64,000 nucleotides of DNA from Clostridium sp. (GTDB taxonomy: Bacteria > Bacillota > Clostridia > Clostridiales > Clostridiaceae). Below the pieces are notes generated by a model. That model saw nothing but the letters and a program-made list of their open reading frames with translations. It did not search any database and was not told the DNA's origin. Position 1 is the stretch's first letter, and the number at the start of each line of letters is the position of its first letter. Both the position numbers and the translations under genes were made by a program. Shown piece after piece: positions 1-9,145 of this stretch. Where the stretch lies: positions 112,909 through 176,908 of the forward strand of contig JAVBVX010000038.1 of the NCBI GenBank assembly GCA_036677665.1. Direction: 5' to 3'.

Positions 1-369
1 CTCCAATAGCTGAGGGTTCTTCTGAAGTATCAATAACATATTCAAATTCTCCATCATCATTTTTTCTCATAGCATAAAGGTACTTTGAACCAGAGATTTT
101 TCTTATGAAAGAAAGCTTGTCTATAACATTTTTATAAGACTCCTTATCTTTATCCTCCTCTGTATTATAACTATTAAACTCTTCTACATTAATATTTTCT
201 AAAGAAACAGCAGCAATATCAGCTGCTCTATTTCCTACGTTAGTAACAGTCATTTGATAGCTTGCCACATATGCAACCGTTGTGAGAAGTAATGTAACTA
301 AAAGAATACTTAGTGTAAAAGTAAGAGTAATTTTTGTACTCAGTTTTTTTTGAAAAAGCTTCTTCATCC
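1..369 (-). pseudogene. N-terminus of a membrane-anchored Cache-type sensor (MCP or other signalling protein), frame broken at an A8 tract; continues beyond the window edge
   Basis: ATG at 367-369 (AAGGTGG upstream) reads MKKSFFKKN and stops at TGA 340-342. The long open frame has a TM helix (LSTKITLTFTLSILLVTLLLTTVAYV) followed by the Cache-like YLYAMRKNDDGEFEYVIDTSEEP. It is in another frame, is preceded by TAG at 371-373 and has no start of its own. The two frames join if the T8 run at 344-351 were 9 nt. Confidence 0.55.
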
Positions 370-487
370 TAGTATTACCACCTTATTTATAGATTTTTTA
401 ATACTTTATTATATAATATTATCGTTCTTTTGCTACATAAGCTTATAGGGAATACTTTCCCATCCCCTTTATAAAAGCCTAGAAGCA

Positions 488-682
488 TTAAGCTTTAGGC
501 TCTCTTTCTACTATCCTTTTAATCAAAGAATCTTCAATATAATCACTCTTACTAAAACCTTTTCTAAAATATCTAATTTGCTTATACTTAACACCTTCTA
601 TTTCAAAATCTAACACATCTATTCTATCTGCTGTATAAATAGTAGGCTCTTTTTTATTTTTCATATAAATTTCAATCTTCAT
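488..682 (-). CDS. hypothetical small protein (64 aa)
   Basis: ORF track only; no recognisable motif. Confidence 0.4.
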   Translation of the reverse strand: MKIEIYMKNKKEPTIYTADRIDVLDFEIEGVKYKQIRYFRKGFSKSDYIEDSLIKRIVEREPKA

Positions 683-790
683 AATTATATCAATCCTTTT
701 TATTTAATCGTTAAACTTATAAAATACCTAAAGTTAATTTATTAATTATTTTAGCATAAATATGTGGTTCCGTCATTCAAATTAATTAAT

Positions 791-834
791 AAAAATATAA
801 AACCTGATATATTAATTTTTATTAATATATCAGG
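791..834 (-). terminator. rho-independent terminator after putP
   Basis: Perfect 14-bp stem cctgatatattaat/attaatatatcagg (803-816 / 821-834) with a tttt loop. A T-rich run follows on the minus strand. Confidence 0.8.
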
Positions 835-850
835 CTTCTTAGTTAGATTA

Positions 851-2335
851 TTATTTTTCAGTAGCACATATAAACTCTTTTTCAATTTCCTCTGAAGGTT
901 GTTTTTCTAGTAAACTAAATATTATAATTGCTATAAGTGAAATAAAGAATCCAGGTACTATTTCATATAATGCAAATATTCCTCCAAAACTGTTTAATTG
1001 TTTCCATATAAGTACTGTAAGTCCTCCTGAAACCATTCCAGCTAAAGCACCATTACGTGTCATTCTTTTCCAATATAAAGAAAGAATAACTAAAGGTCCA
1101 AAGGCTGCTCCAAAACCTGCCCATGCATATGATACTAAATCTAATACAGAGCTTTCAGGGTTCATTGCAAAAATATATGCTACAATGGCAACTCCTATTA
1201 CTGTAAATCTACTAACTCTTAGTAACTCTTTATCTGTGGCATTAGGTCTAAATAGTGCCTTATAAAAATCCTCAGATATAGCTGACGATGTTACAAGCAG
1301 CTGAGAATCTGCAGTACTCATTATAGCAGCTAAGATAGCTGATAATAGTATTCCCGCCATTGCTGCTGGGAAAATATCATTTACCATAACCATAAATACA
1401 GTTTCTGAAGCTACTCCTTCTAAAGGTTTTGAAAGAAAAGCTCTTCCCGCTAGCCCAACAATTACAGCTGCTGATAATGAAATAGCCACCCAACTCATAG
1501 CTATTAATCTTGCTTTTTTTATTTCATTTGCAGATCTTATTGCCATAAATCTTACTAAAATATGCGGTTGCCCAAAATAACCAAATCCCCATGCCATTAG
1601 AGAAACAACTGACATTAACGTAATCTTTGCTCCATCTGTACTAGTAAATGCATTTAATAACTCTACATTCATGCTCTTTAATGTATCAATCGTAGCACCC
1701 GGACCACCTACTAGCTTTATAGCTACTGTTGGAACTATTAAAATAGCAAATAACATAAGCATTCCTTGTACAAAATCTGTCCAACATACTGCCATAAATC
1801 CACCTAAGAAGGTGTAAAAAATAACAACTACTACTCCAATAGTTAATGCCCAAATATATGGTATTCCAAATACAGTATGAAATAATTTCCCTCCAGCTAC
1901 AAAGCCTGAAGCTGTGTAAATTAAAAAGAAAATTAAAATAAAAAAGGCAGATACTACACGAAGAACTTTTGTCTTATCTCTAAATCTGTTTTCAAAGTAA
2001 TCAGAAAGAGTAATAGAATCTCCTGAAATTTCAGTATAATTTCTTAGTCTTTTAGCTATAAACTTCCAATTTAAATAAGTTCCAATTCCAAGCCCCAATG
2101 CAATCCAAATAGCTTCCATACCGGCAGCATATGCATACCCTGGTAACCCTAAAAGGAGCCATCCACTCATATCCGATGCTTGGGCACTTAATGAGGTAAC
2201 CCATCCGCTAAGTTGTCTTCCTCCAAGGAAAAAGTCTTCAGCACTTTCTGTACGCTTATAAAAGAATATTCCTATTCCCAACATAATGCATAAATACAAT
2301 ATAAAAGTAATTAAAATTATAATATTTTTATCCAT
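851..2335 (-). CDS. putP: sodium/proline symporter (SSF family)
   Basis: FLGGRQLSGWVTSLSAQASDMSGWLLLGLPGYAY and RLRNYTEISGDSITLSDYFENRF are typical PutP signatures, with about 13 TM segments. Start moved to MDKNIII (ATG at 2335), which follows AAGGAGGGGG; the track start at 2410 has no RBS. Confidence 0.9.
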   Translation of the reverse strand: MDKNIIILITFILYLCIMLGIGIFFYKRTESAEDFFLGGRQLSGWVTSLSAQASDMSGWLLLGLPGYAYAAGMEAIWIALGLGIGTYLNWKFIAKRLRNYTEISGDSITLSDYFENRFRDKTKVLRVVSAFFILIFFLIYTASGFVAGGKLFHTVFGIPYIWALTIGVVVVIFYTFLGGFMAVCWTDFVQGMLMLFAILIVPTVAIKLVGGPGATIDTLKSMNVELLNAFTSTDGAKITLMSVVSLMAWGFGYFGQPHILVRFMAIRSANEIKKARLIAMSWVAISLSAAVIVGLAGRAFLSKPLEGVASETVFMVMVNDIFPAAMAGILLSAILAAIMSTADSQLLVTSSAISEDFYKALFRPNATDKELLRVSRFTVIGVAIVAYIFAMNPESSVLDLVSYAWAGFGAAFGPLVILSLYWKRMTRNGALAGMVSGGLTVLIWKQLNSFGGIFALYEIVPGFFISLIAIIIFSLLEKQPSEEIEKEFICATEK

Positions 2336-2441
2336 AATTGCCCCCTCCTTATGGCTAATAATTATACTGTCTTTAGCTAAAAAATACAATATTTTTTTAT
2401 ATTTATACATTTAATTTCATATATCAATATGTCATTAATCA

Positions 2442-3188
2442 TTACCTCCACGCACAAAAATATTCTTCCACAATATCTATGATACTAAAAATCAATACCC
2501 CCATAAGACTTAAAATTGCGATACCGGAATACATTTCAATATAATTCACTCGCATCCATGAATCCATAATTAAATATCCCATACCATATTGTGTCCCATA
2601 AGTTTCAGTAAAAAATAATATAGATATAGCTGTGCCTAAGGCAAGTCTCGTTGCTGTTATTACTTCTGAAAGAGAAGCAGGTAATACTATTTCTCTAAAA
2701 ATTTGAACTTTGCTTGCACCAAGAGAATTTAATGCATGATATGTTTCTAGAGGGATTTCCTTTACCGAATCTCTAGCTGTTATAATTATTTGAAAGATAA
2801 TTATTAAGACAATCATTATAATTTTTGAAGCTTCTCCGAGTCCCAAAAGTAGCATTATTATAGGAAGAAGAGCCATTTTAGGTATAGGATAAGTAAAATA
2901 AATCAGAGGTGATAGAAACTTATCTAGCTTCTTATAATATCCTATTAAAAATCCTAGAGGTACTCCTATTGCTATTGAAATAAATATTCCAATGAATATT
3001 CTACCTAAGCTATAAAGTACATGAATAGAAATTTTCTCTTTAAATATATTAACAATATTTATATAAACAATTATTGGCGAAGGCACAATAGGGGTTTTTA
3101 AGATTAAAAAGATTACATACCATATAATTGTTATAACAATAATACTGTACAAATAGAGTTTTATTTTATTTCTTAAAAACACTTTCAC
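2442..3188 (-). CDS. ABC transporter permease (NitT/TauT-SsuC type)
   Basis: Six-TM BPD-type permease. A GTG start at 3188 gives the classic GTGA overlap with the stop of the upstream ATPase (the track start is TTG at 3191). Confidence 0.8.
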   Translation of the reverse strand: MKVFLRNKIKLYLYSIIVITIIWYVIFLILKTPIVPSPIIVYINIVNIFKEKISIHVLYSLGRIFIGIFISIAIGVPLGFLIGYYKKLDKFLSPLIYFTYPIPKMALLPIIMLLLGLGEASKIIMIVLIIIFQIIITARDSVKEIPLETYHALNSLGASKVQIFREIVLPASLSEVITATRLALGTAISILFFTETYGTQYGMGYLIMDSWMRVNYIEMYSGIAILSLMGVLIFSIIDIVEEYFCAWR

Positions 3189-3922
3189 CAACCCTCTTCA
3201 ATTATTTTTCTAACCTTCTTGAGCATGTCATAATACTCATCTGTAAATCTTGAATTTTCAAGTCCAAAAGCCTTATTCTCTATAATCTTTAATATCTTCC
3301 CTGGTGAAGATGAAAGAACCACAATCTTTTTACCAAGATATAAGGCCTCATCTACACTATGGGTTATAAAAATAGTAGTAACTCTGTTTTCTCTCCATAT
3401 CTTTAAAAAAAGCTCCTGCATTTCTTCTCTAGTAATGGCATCCAAAGCCGAAAACGGCTCGTCCATAAGAAGTAAATCTGGCTTTAAAATAAAAGCACGG
3501 GCAATAGCAACCCTTTGCTTTTGCCCACCGCTTAATTCCTTAGGATATCTTCTTAAAACGTTATTAAGTCCTAGTTTCTCTAAAATGTAATTTTCATATC
3601 CACTTGGCTTTTCACATTTTATTTTTAATCCCATCAGAGCATTATCGTAAACATTTCTCCAAGGTAATAATCCATAATTTTGAGGTACTAATCCTATTCG
3701 GTGAATTTTAGTATTAATGTTACTTTCATTTATAAATACATTCCCAGTATATTTGCTTTGTATTCCCCCTAAAACATGTAGTAATGTCGACTTACCACAA
3801 CCTGATGGTCCAATAAAGGTATATATATCACCATCATCAATATTTATATTTAATCTATCTATTGCTAAAACCTCTTCACTATTTCCTTTATAACTTACCG
3901 AAAGGTTTTTAATTTCTATCAT
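3185..3922 (-). CDS. ABC transporter ATP-binding protein (NitT/TauT type)
   Basis: Walker A GPSGCGKST, signature LSGGQKQRVAIARA, Walker B LLLMDEPFSALD. Confidence 0.9.
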   Translation of the reverse strand: MIEIKNLSVSYKGNSEEVLAIDRLNINIDDGDIYTFIGPSGCGKSTLLHVLGGIQSKYTGNVFINESNINTKIHRIGLVPQNYGLLPWRNVYDNALMGLKIKCEKPSGYENYILEKLGLNNVLRRYPKELSGGQKQRVAIARAFILKPDLLLMDEPFSALDAITREEMQELFLKIWRENRVTTIFITHSVDEALYLGKKIVVLSSSPGKILKIIENKAFGLENSRFTDEYYDMLKKVRKIIEEGW

Positions 3923-3929
3923 TGAAATT

Positions 3930-4886
3930 CTACCTCACAAATTCATCAGTTACTAATTCTTCGAATTTATAATTATTTTTAATTAGATTTTTGCTCTTTA
4001 ACCAGTCTAAAACCTCAGTTATATCCTTTTCCTTTGATATCTCTGCCCTTGTATATTTAGGAAGAACAATTGAATCTTTCATATCTTCAGGGAAACCCAC
4101 TTCTGCAATCAATATGTCTACATAAGTTTCTATGGCTTCTTTATTTATATAATCTACAGCTTCATTATAAGCACTATAAATAGCCTTAATTTCATTTGAG
4201 CTTTCTTTGATTGATTTTGATGTAAATGCCATTACTCCTGGATTAATTCCATGCTTATCAGTGCTATCTATAACTACTGCGCCATTTTTTACTGCAAGTG
4301 TTGCCATTGGCTCTGGAAGTGTTGCAGCATCTACCTTCCCATTTTTAAGTAATTCTAGTCTTAGTGGTATTTGTGGCACAATCTCCTTGCGAATATCCTT
4401 TTCCGTATATTGAAAAGATTGTATTAGCTTATCTGTAGCATATTCAATCAGTGTATTTTGTGAAATTGCTATACTCTTTCCTTTTAGCTTATCAACTAAA
4501 TCTATTCCCGTTGACTTTCCTGCAAGTAACTTATAATTTCCATCAGTTTTAGAAGTTATTTTTACATCAAATTCTCCCTCTTTAGCAAAAGCAACTGCTA
4601 AAACATCTGTTATTACCCCGTCAAGATTTCCACTTTGAAATGCACTATCTCTATCCTTTGCACTTTTAAATTGCTCTATCTTTACTTCTACTCCAGCTTT
4701 TTCAAAATACCCTTTTTTATCTGCTATAACAAAAGGTACTGAGTCTGTATCAGGTAGCACCCCTATAGTCATTATTTTTTTTGGTGTTTCCTTACTTATA
4801 TTATTAGTTTCTTTACTTTTGCTACTGCAAGCTACAAATGTAAAAAGGCTTATGACAGTTAATAAACAAACTATTTTTTTCTTCAT
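3930..4886 (-). CDS. ABC substrate-binding lipoprotein, NMT1/THI5-like
   Basis: Lipobox LFTFVAC|SS. A periplasmic-binding-protein type II pattern, in an operon with the permease and ATPase. Confidence 0.75.
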   Translation of the reverse strand: MKKKIVCLLTVISLFTFVACSSKSKETNNISKETPKKIMTIGVLPDTDSVPFVIADKKGYFEKAGVEVKIEQFKSAKDRDSAFQSGNLDGVITDVLAVAFAKEGEFDVKITSKTDGNYKLLAGKSTGIDLVDKLKGKSIAISQNTLIEYATDKLIQSFQYTEKDIRKEIVPQIPLRLELLKNGKVDAATLPEPMATLAVKNGAVVIDSTDKHGINPGVMAFTSKSIKESSNEIKAIYSAYNEAVDYINKEAIETYVDILIAEVGFPEDMKDSIVLPKYTRAEISKEKDITEVLDWLKSKNLIKNNYKFEELVTDEFVR

Positions 4887-4887
4887 A

Positions 4888-5451
4888 TTAATTCCCCCAT
4901 TTTTGAAATAAATTATTCTCTATATCTAAGGCGTCAAGAACTTTTCCTACAACAAAATTTATAATATCTTCAAGACTCTTAGGTATATGATAAAACCCTG
5001 GCATTGCAGGAAGTATAATAGCTCCTGCTTCACTTAGATTAATCATATTTTTAAGATGAATTGTATTAAATGGTGTCTCTCTAGGGACTATAATTAGCTT
5101 TCTTTTTTCTTTTAGACATACATCTGAAGATCTTCCTAAAAGATTTTTTGACACTCCATTTGAAATCTCCCCTAGAGTAGACATAGAGCAGGGCATAATA
5201 ATCATCCCATCTGTCTTAAATGAACCACTAGCTGTAGGTGCAAAGAGATTCTCCACATCATAGACTTTAATATTACTACTAGAGTCTTTAAATCTATTTA
5301 ATAGTGAATCTGTCTCATATTTCATTACTTTCTTTCCTGAATCAGTTATTATTATATGAACTTCATTACCTGCTTTCAGCAACTCTTCTATGAGTCTTAT
5401 ACCGTATATACTTCCACTAGCACCGGTAATTCCTACTATGTATTTCTTCAA
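4888..5451 (-). CDS. ubiX: UbiX-family flavin prenyltransferase
   Basis: N-terminal IVGITGASGSIYGIRLIEELL and the 187-aa size are typical of UbiX/Pad1. Confidence 0.9.
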   Translation of the reverse strand: MKKYIVGITGASGSIYGIRLIEELLKAGNEVHIIITDSGKKVMKYETDSLLNRFKDSSSNIKVYDVENLFAPTASGSFKTDGMIIMPCSMSTLGEISNGVSKNLLGRSSDVCLKEKRKLIIVPRETPFNTIHLKNMINLSEAGAIILPAMPGFYHIPKSLEDIINFVVGKVLDALDIENNLFQKWGN

Positions 5452-5455
5452 AAAA

Positions 5456-6316
5456 TCACCTCATCATTAGAATATCTGTGGCACTAAATATTAAAAAGAC
5501 TATACTAACTAACTGATTTACATTATAAGAAGCTATATTTACATTTGTAAGATTATCAACTGAAACCATAGTATGCTCCTTATATAAAAGCCCCGCAATA
5601 ATAGTTAATCCTATTAAATATACTAAACTCATATTTGCAATAAAATATATATAAATAAGAATAATTTCTGCTGCTATATGAAACAGGCTAGAAATTATTA
5701 AAGCATTTTTTATTCCAAATACAGCAGGTATTGAATAAAGCCCTTCTTCTCTATCAAAATCCACATCCTGTGAACCATATATAATATCAAACCCTGATAC
5801 CCAAAGAGCATTTGCCGCACCCATTACAAGGGCTACCCAAGATATCTTTCCTGTTACCGCAATCCATGCACCTACTGGTGCACCCCCACTTATTATTCCT
5901 AAAACAATATGGCAAGCCCATGTAAATCGTTTTGTGTATGAATACACTATAAAGAGAAAAATAGCTGCAGGTAGCAATATAACACAAAGAGGATTCAGCA
6001 TAAAAGCAGCTAAAGCTAATAATGAAAAGCTAAATATCGTTATAAGAATTACCTCATAGCTCTTCACTATTCCTTTTGGCATATGCCTTTCAGCTGTTCT
6101 TGGATTTTTTGCATCTATATCCTTATCTATAAGTCTATTAACTGCATTAGCACCAGTTCTTGCTCCTAAAAATGCAACTCCTATCCAAAAGAATACACTA
6201 ATCTTCGGCATCCCATCAGCTGCAATAAGCATTGATATAAATGCAAAAGGAAAGGAGAAAATGATATGAGAGAACATTACAAGTTTCCCATAAGTTTTAA
6301 TCTTCTGTAAAACCAT
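5456..6316 (-). CDS. ubiA: UbiA-family aromatic prenyltransferase (4-hydroxybenzoate polyprenyltransferase-like)
   Basis: Asp-rich motif NAVNRLIDKDIDAKNPRT, a second motif DIIYGSQDVDFD, and about 8-9 TM segments. Confidence 0.85.
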   Translation of the reverse strand: MVLQKIKTYGKLVMFSHIIFSFPFAFISMLIAADGMPKISVFFWIGVAFLGARTGANAVNRLIDKDIDAKNPRTAERHMPKGIVKSYEVILITIFSFSLLALAAFMLNPLCVILLPAAIFLFIVYSYTKRFTWACHIVLGIISGGAPVGAWIAVTGKISWVALVMGAANALWVSGFDIIYGSQDVDFDREEGLYSIPAVFGIKNALIISSLFHIAAEIILIYIYFIANMSLVYLIGLTIIAGLLYKEHTMVSVDNLTNVNIASYNVNQLVSIVFLIFSATDILMMR

Positions 6317-7745
6317 ACTCCTCCCACCTCCTGCTAACCAGTTCCTTTATATCATCAGTCATTTCAATATCATTTGGCCATTCTCTAGTATGACCTTCAC
6401 TAGCCCATTTTTTAGTTGCATCAATTCCCATCTTATGTCCATAATGAGGTATATCTGATGCATGATCTAGTGCATCTAGTGGTCCTTCTACTATAACTAC
6501 ATCCCTCTTTGCATCTATATTGTTAAATACCTTCCATGCAACAGTAGATAGATCTTGGGGACTTATATTTTCATCAACTACTATAATCATCTTCGTGTAC
6601 ATCATTTGTCCCATTCCCCAAAGAGCACTCATAACCTTCTTTGCATGGCCAGGATATCTCTTTTTTATAGACACTATAATACAATTATGAAAAACTCCCT
6701 CTAGTGGAAAATTAATATCTATAATCTCTGGTATTTGAAACTTTAATAGTGGTAAAAAGATTCGTTCTGTTGCCTTACCAAGATAGCAATCCTCCATTGG
6801 TGGTTTTCCTACTATTGTAGTTGAATATACTGGATTTTTTTTATGAGTTATACAAGTTAGATGAAATACAGGGTATTTATCCTTAAGTGAATAATATCCT
6901 GTATGATCCCCGAAAGGTCCTTCCTCTTTAAGCTCTTCATTAACATCAACATACCCTTCTAATATAAATTCAGCATTAGCAGGAACATATATGTCATTGG
7001 TTTTTGATTTAACAATTTCTAGAGGCCACTTTCTTAAGAATCCTGAAAACATCATCTCATCTATTTCCTTTGGTAATGGTGCTGTCGCTGCATAGGTAGT
7101 TGCAGGATCAGTTCCTATTGCTACTGATACAGGCATTTTCCCTCCTAATTTTCTATACTTTTCATATATTTCTCTTCCATCTTTATGTAAATGCCAGTGC
7201 ATACCTGTAGTCTTATTATCATAAACTTGCAATCTATACATTCCCATATTTTGAATGCCTGTTTCAGGGTCCTTTGTTATAACTAAAGGTAAGGTAATGA
7301 ACTTTCCTCCATCCTCAGGCCAACACTTCAAAATCGGCAGTGTAGATAAATCTGGATCCTCTACAACCTCTTGGCAAGGTGCTCTATCTACTTTTCTTGG
7401 AAAAACTGTAGCAAGTCGTGCAACCTTTGGAACAGCCTTAATTTTATTAAGTATTCCAAGATATGTAGACATATCAACTAAATTTTTAATATCCTCAGCT
7501 ATTGAATCAATATTATCTACTTCTAATGCAAGATTAAGTCTTTCATAACTTCCAAATACATTAATCAAAAGAGGATAAGAAGATCCTTTTATATTTTCAA
7601 ATAATAAAGCAGGTCCATACCCCTTAGAAATTCTATCAGTTATTTCAGTAATCTCTAAATCACTGCTAACTTCTGCACTTATTCTTTTTAAAAGTTTCTT
7701 TTCCTCCAATGCCTTAATAAAATTCTGGAGACTTTTGTATGCCAC
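6297..7745 (-). CDS. ubiD: UbiD-family (prenyl-FMN dependent) decarboxylase
   Basis: 482 aa. GPALLFENIKG, MGMYRLQV and GPFGDHTGYY are UbiD family hallmarks. GTG start; overlaps ubiA by 20 nt. Confidence 0.9.
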   Translation of the reverse strand: MAYKSLQNFIKALEEKKLLKRISAEVSSDLEITEITDRISKGYGPALLFENIKGSSYPLLINVFGSYERLNLALEVDNIDSIAEDIKNLVDMSTYLGILNKIKAVPKVARLATVFPRKVDRAPCQEVVEDPDLSTLPILKCWPEDGGKFITLPLVITKDPETGIQNMGMYRLQVYDNKTTGMHWHLHKDGREIYEKYRKLGGKMPVSVAIGTDPATTYAATAPLPKEIDEMMFSGFLRKWPLEIVKSKTNDIYVPANAEFILEGYVDVNEELKEEGPFGDHTGYYSLKDKYPVFHLTCITHKKNPVYSTTIVGKPPMEDCYLGKATERIFLPLLKFQIPEIIDINFPLEGVFHNCIIVSIKKRYPGHAKKVMSALWGMGQMMYTKMIIVVDENISPQDLSTVAWKVFNNIDAKRDVVIVEGPLDALDHASDIPHYGHKMGIDATKKWASEGHTREWPNDIEMTDDIKELVSRRWEEYGFTED

Positions 7746-7997
7746 AATAATTCACCATCTTTCAATATACTATTTGTAAAAATTTAACTCATACTATTAA
7801 TATTATATTTTCATCTTCCAACTTTCAATAGTTTATTGGAATTTATGTAATTTTTAGAACTTAAATACTTTAGCTTCAGGTGGAGTAAAAAACTTTACTT
7901 GAAGCCAAGAACTCTATTTATTTGAAATTATTAATAAAAAATGTTTTAATAAACTATAATAACTATGGTACCTTATATTGAAATGGAGCTGTGAGAA

Positions 7998-8783
7998 ATG
8001 AACTTAATGGAAAGTATCTATAACAGAAAATCAGTTAGAAAATATAAAAATGAAGAACTAGATGAGAATACTTTAAATGAAATAGCTGCCTTAGGAAATT
8101 CTAACATTAGACTTTATAAGGATATATCAATGCTTGTTCACTTAGTGAAAGATGGGGAAAAAATTCAAGGTATTTCTAAAGGAATCATAGGAAGTTATGG
8201 AAAGATAAAAGCTCCTCATTATCTTGTAATCACTTCTGAGGTTAAAGAGGGTTATCTTGAAAATGTAGGTTTTACTTTAGAACAACTAGTTTTGCAACTA
8301 ACAGGAATGAAAATTGGAACCTGTTGGATTGGAGGATTTATAAAGAAGGAATTACTAAGTGGAATAGTAGAAATACCTACTAATCACGTACCCGTTATCG
8401 TAATTTCCTTTGGTTATCCTAGTAATGAGGGTGAGGTTACAAGAATTATTGATTCCAGTTATAAGCGTAAAAAACTTTCTGATTTTTATTCTGGAGATCT
8501 TAATGATGAGTGGACTTCTATAATGAACGCAGTTGGTAGAGCTCCTTCTGCTGTAAATATGCAACCTTGGAGATTCTTTAAGGAAGGTAGTTTTATTCAC
8601 GTATTTTCTGTAACACGTACTTTAATGAAGCACTTAGAAGATATGCATAAGATAGATGTAGGTATTGCTTTATGTCACCTTAAAGTAGCTTTAGAGGCCA
8701 AGAATATTTCCTTTGAATTTCTTCATAATGATTTATCTAAGAAGGGCTTAAACTATATAATTTCTCTTAATCTAAATCAGTAA
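7998..8783 (+). CDS. nitroreductase family protein
   Basis: N-terminal YNRKSVRKY and C-terminal APSAVNMQPWRF are the nitroreductase motifs. Confidence 0.75.
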   Translation: MNLMESIYNRKSVRKYKNEELDENTLNEIAALGNSNIRLYKDISMLVHLVKDGEKIQGISKGIIGSYGKIKAPHYLVITSEVKEGYLENVGFTLEQLVLQLTGMKIGTCWIGGFIKKELLSGIVEIPTNHVPVIVISFGYPSNEGEVTRIIDSSYKRKKLSDFYSGDLNDEWTSIMNAVGRAPSAVNMQPWRFFKEGSFIHVFSVTRTLMKHLEDMHKIDVGIALCHLKVALEAKNISFEFLHNDLSKKGLNYIISLNLNQ

Positions 8784-8806
8784 GCTATTATCTATGTAAT
8801 AAAAAC

Positions 8807-8842
8807 AAACTTAAGAAGACTATTTTTAATCTTCTTAAGTTT
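8807..8842. terminator. bidirectional terminator hairpin between convergent genes
   Basis: 12-bp stem aaacttaagaag/cttcttaagttt, A/T-rich on both sides. Confidence 0.7.
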
Positions 8843-8854
8843 ATCTTATCTAAG

Positions 8855-9034
8855 TTAATCTAATTCATATTTTTTCTTTGCTTCTATTCCACTTTTGTTA
8901 TATTCATTACTCTCAATGGTTTGAACTATTTGATTTTTAGAAAATTCATTTTCCGTTGTTTTATAACCTTTTTTATTATATAGTCTTCTATTAACTTCGT
9001 GAGCTTCCCTATTATTCATTAACTTTTCACTCAA
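8855..9034 (-). CDS. hypothetical small basic protein (about 59 aa)
   Basis: GGAGGTGG lies 6 nt upstream of the TTG at 9034. The track's longer start at 9082 has no RBS. No family recognised. Confidence 0.4.
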   Translation of the reverse strand: MSEKLMNNREAHEVNRRLYNKKGYKTTENEFSKNQIVQTIESNEYNKSGIEAKKKYELD

Positions 9035-9145
9035 AATAGGCCACCTCCATAATCTTTTACTTATTTTGAACTGTATTATCATTAGTTAGGATGTCCTTAC
9101 TCTTTAAAATTTATCCCTTGACTATCTTCTTGTTTTTCAAAAATT

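Noticed and set aside
851-2410. N-terminal extensions proposed by the ORF track. Affected ORFs: putP to 2410, gltB to 21000, cobU to 41772, DUF1292 to 12739, LysM protein from 21776, ABC ATPase from 43877, secreted protein to 60957.
   Set aside because: In each case a downstream start is preceded by a clear GGAGG-type RBS, and the extension adds non-conserved residues ahead of the recognisable family N-terminus.
5787-5987. A 66-aa Cys-rich ORF in another frame of ubiA.
   Set aside because: It is embedded in the UbiA coding frame, which carries both Asp-rich motifs. It has no independent signals.
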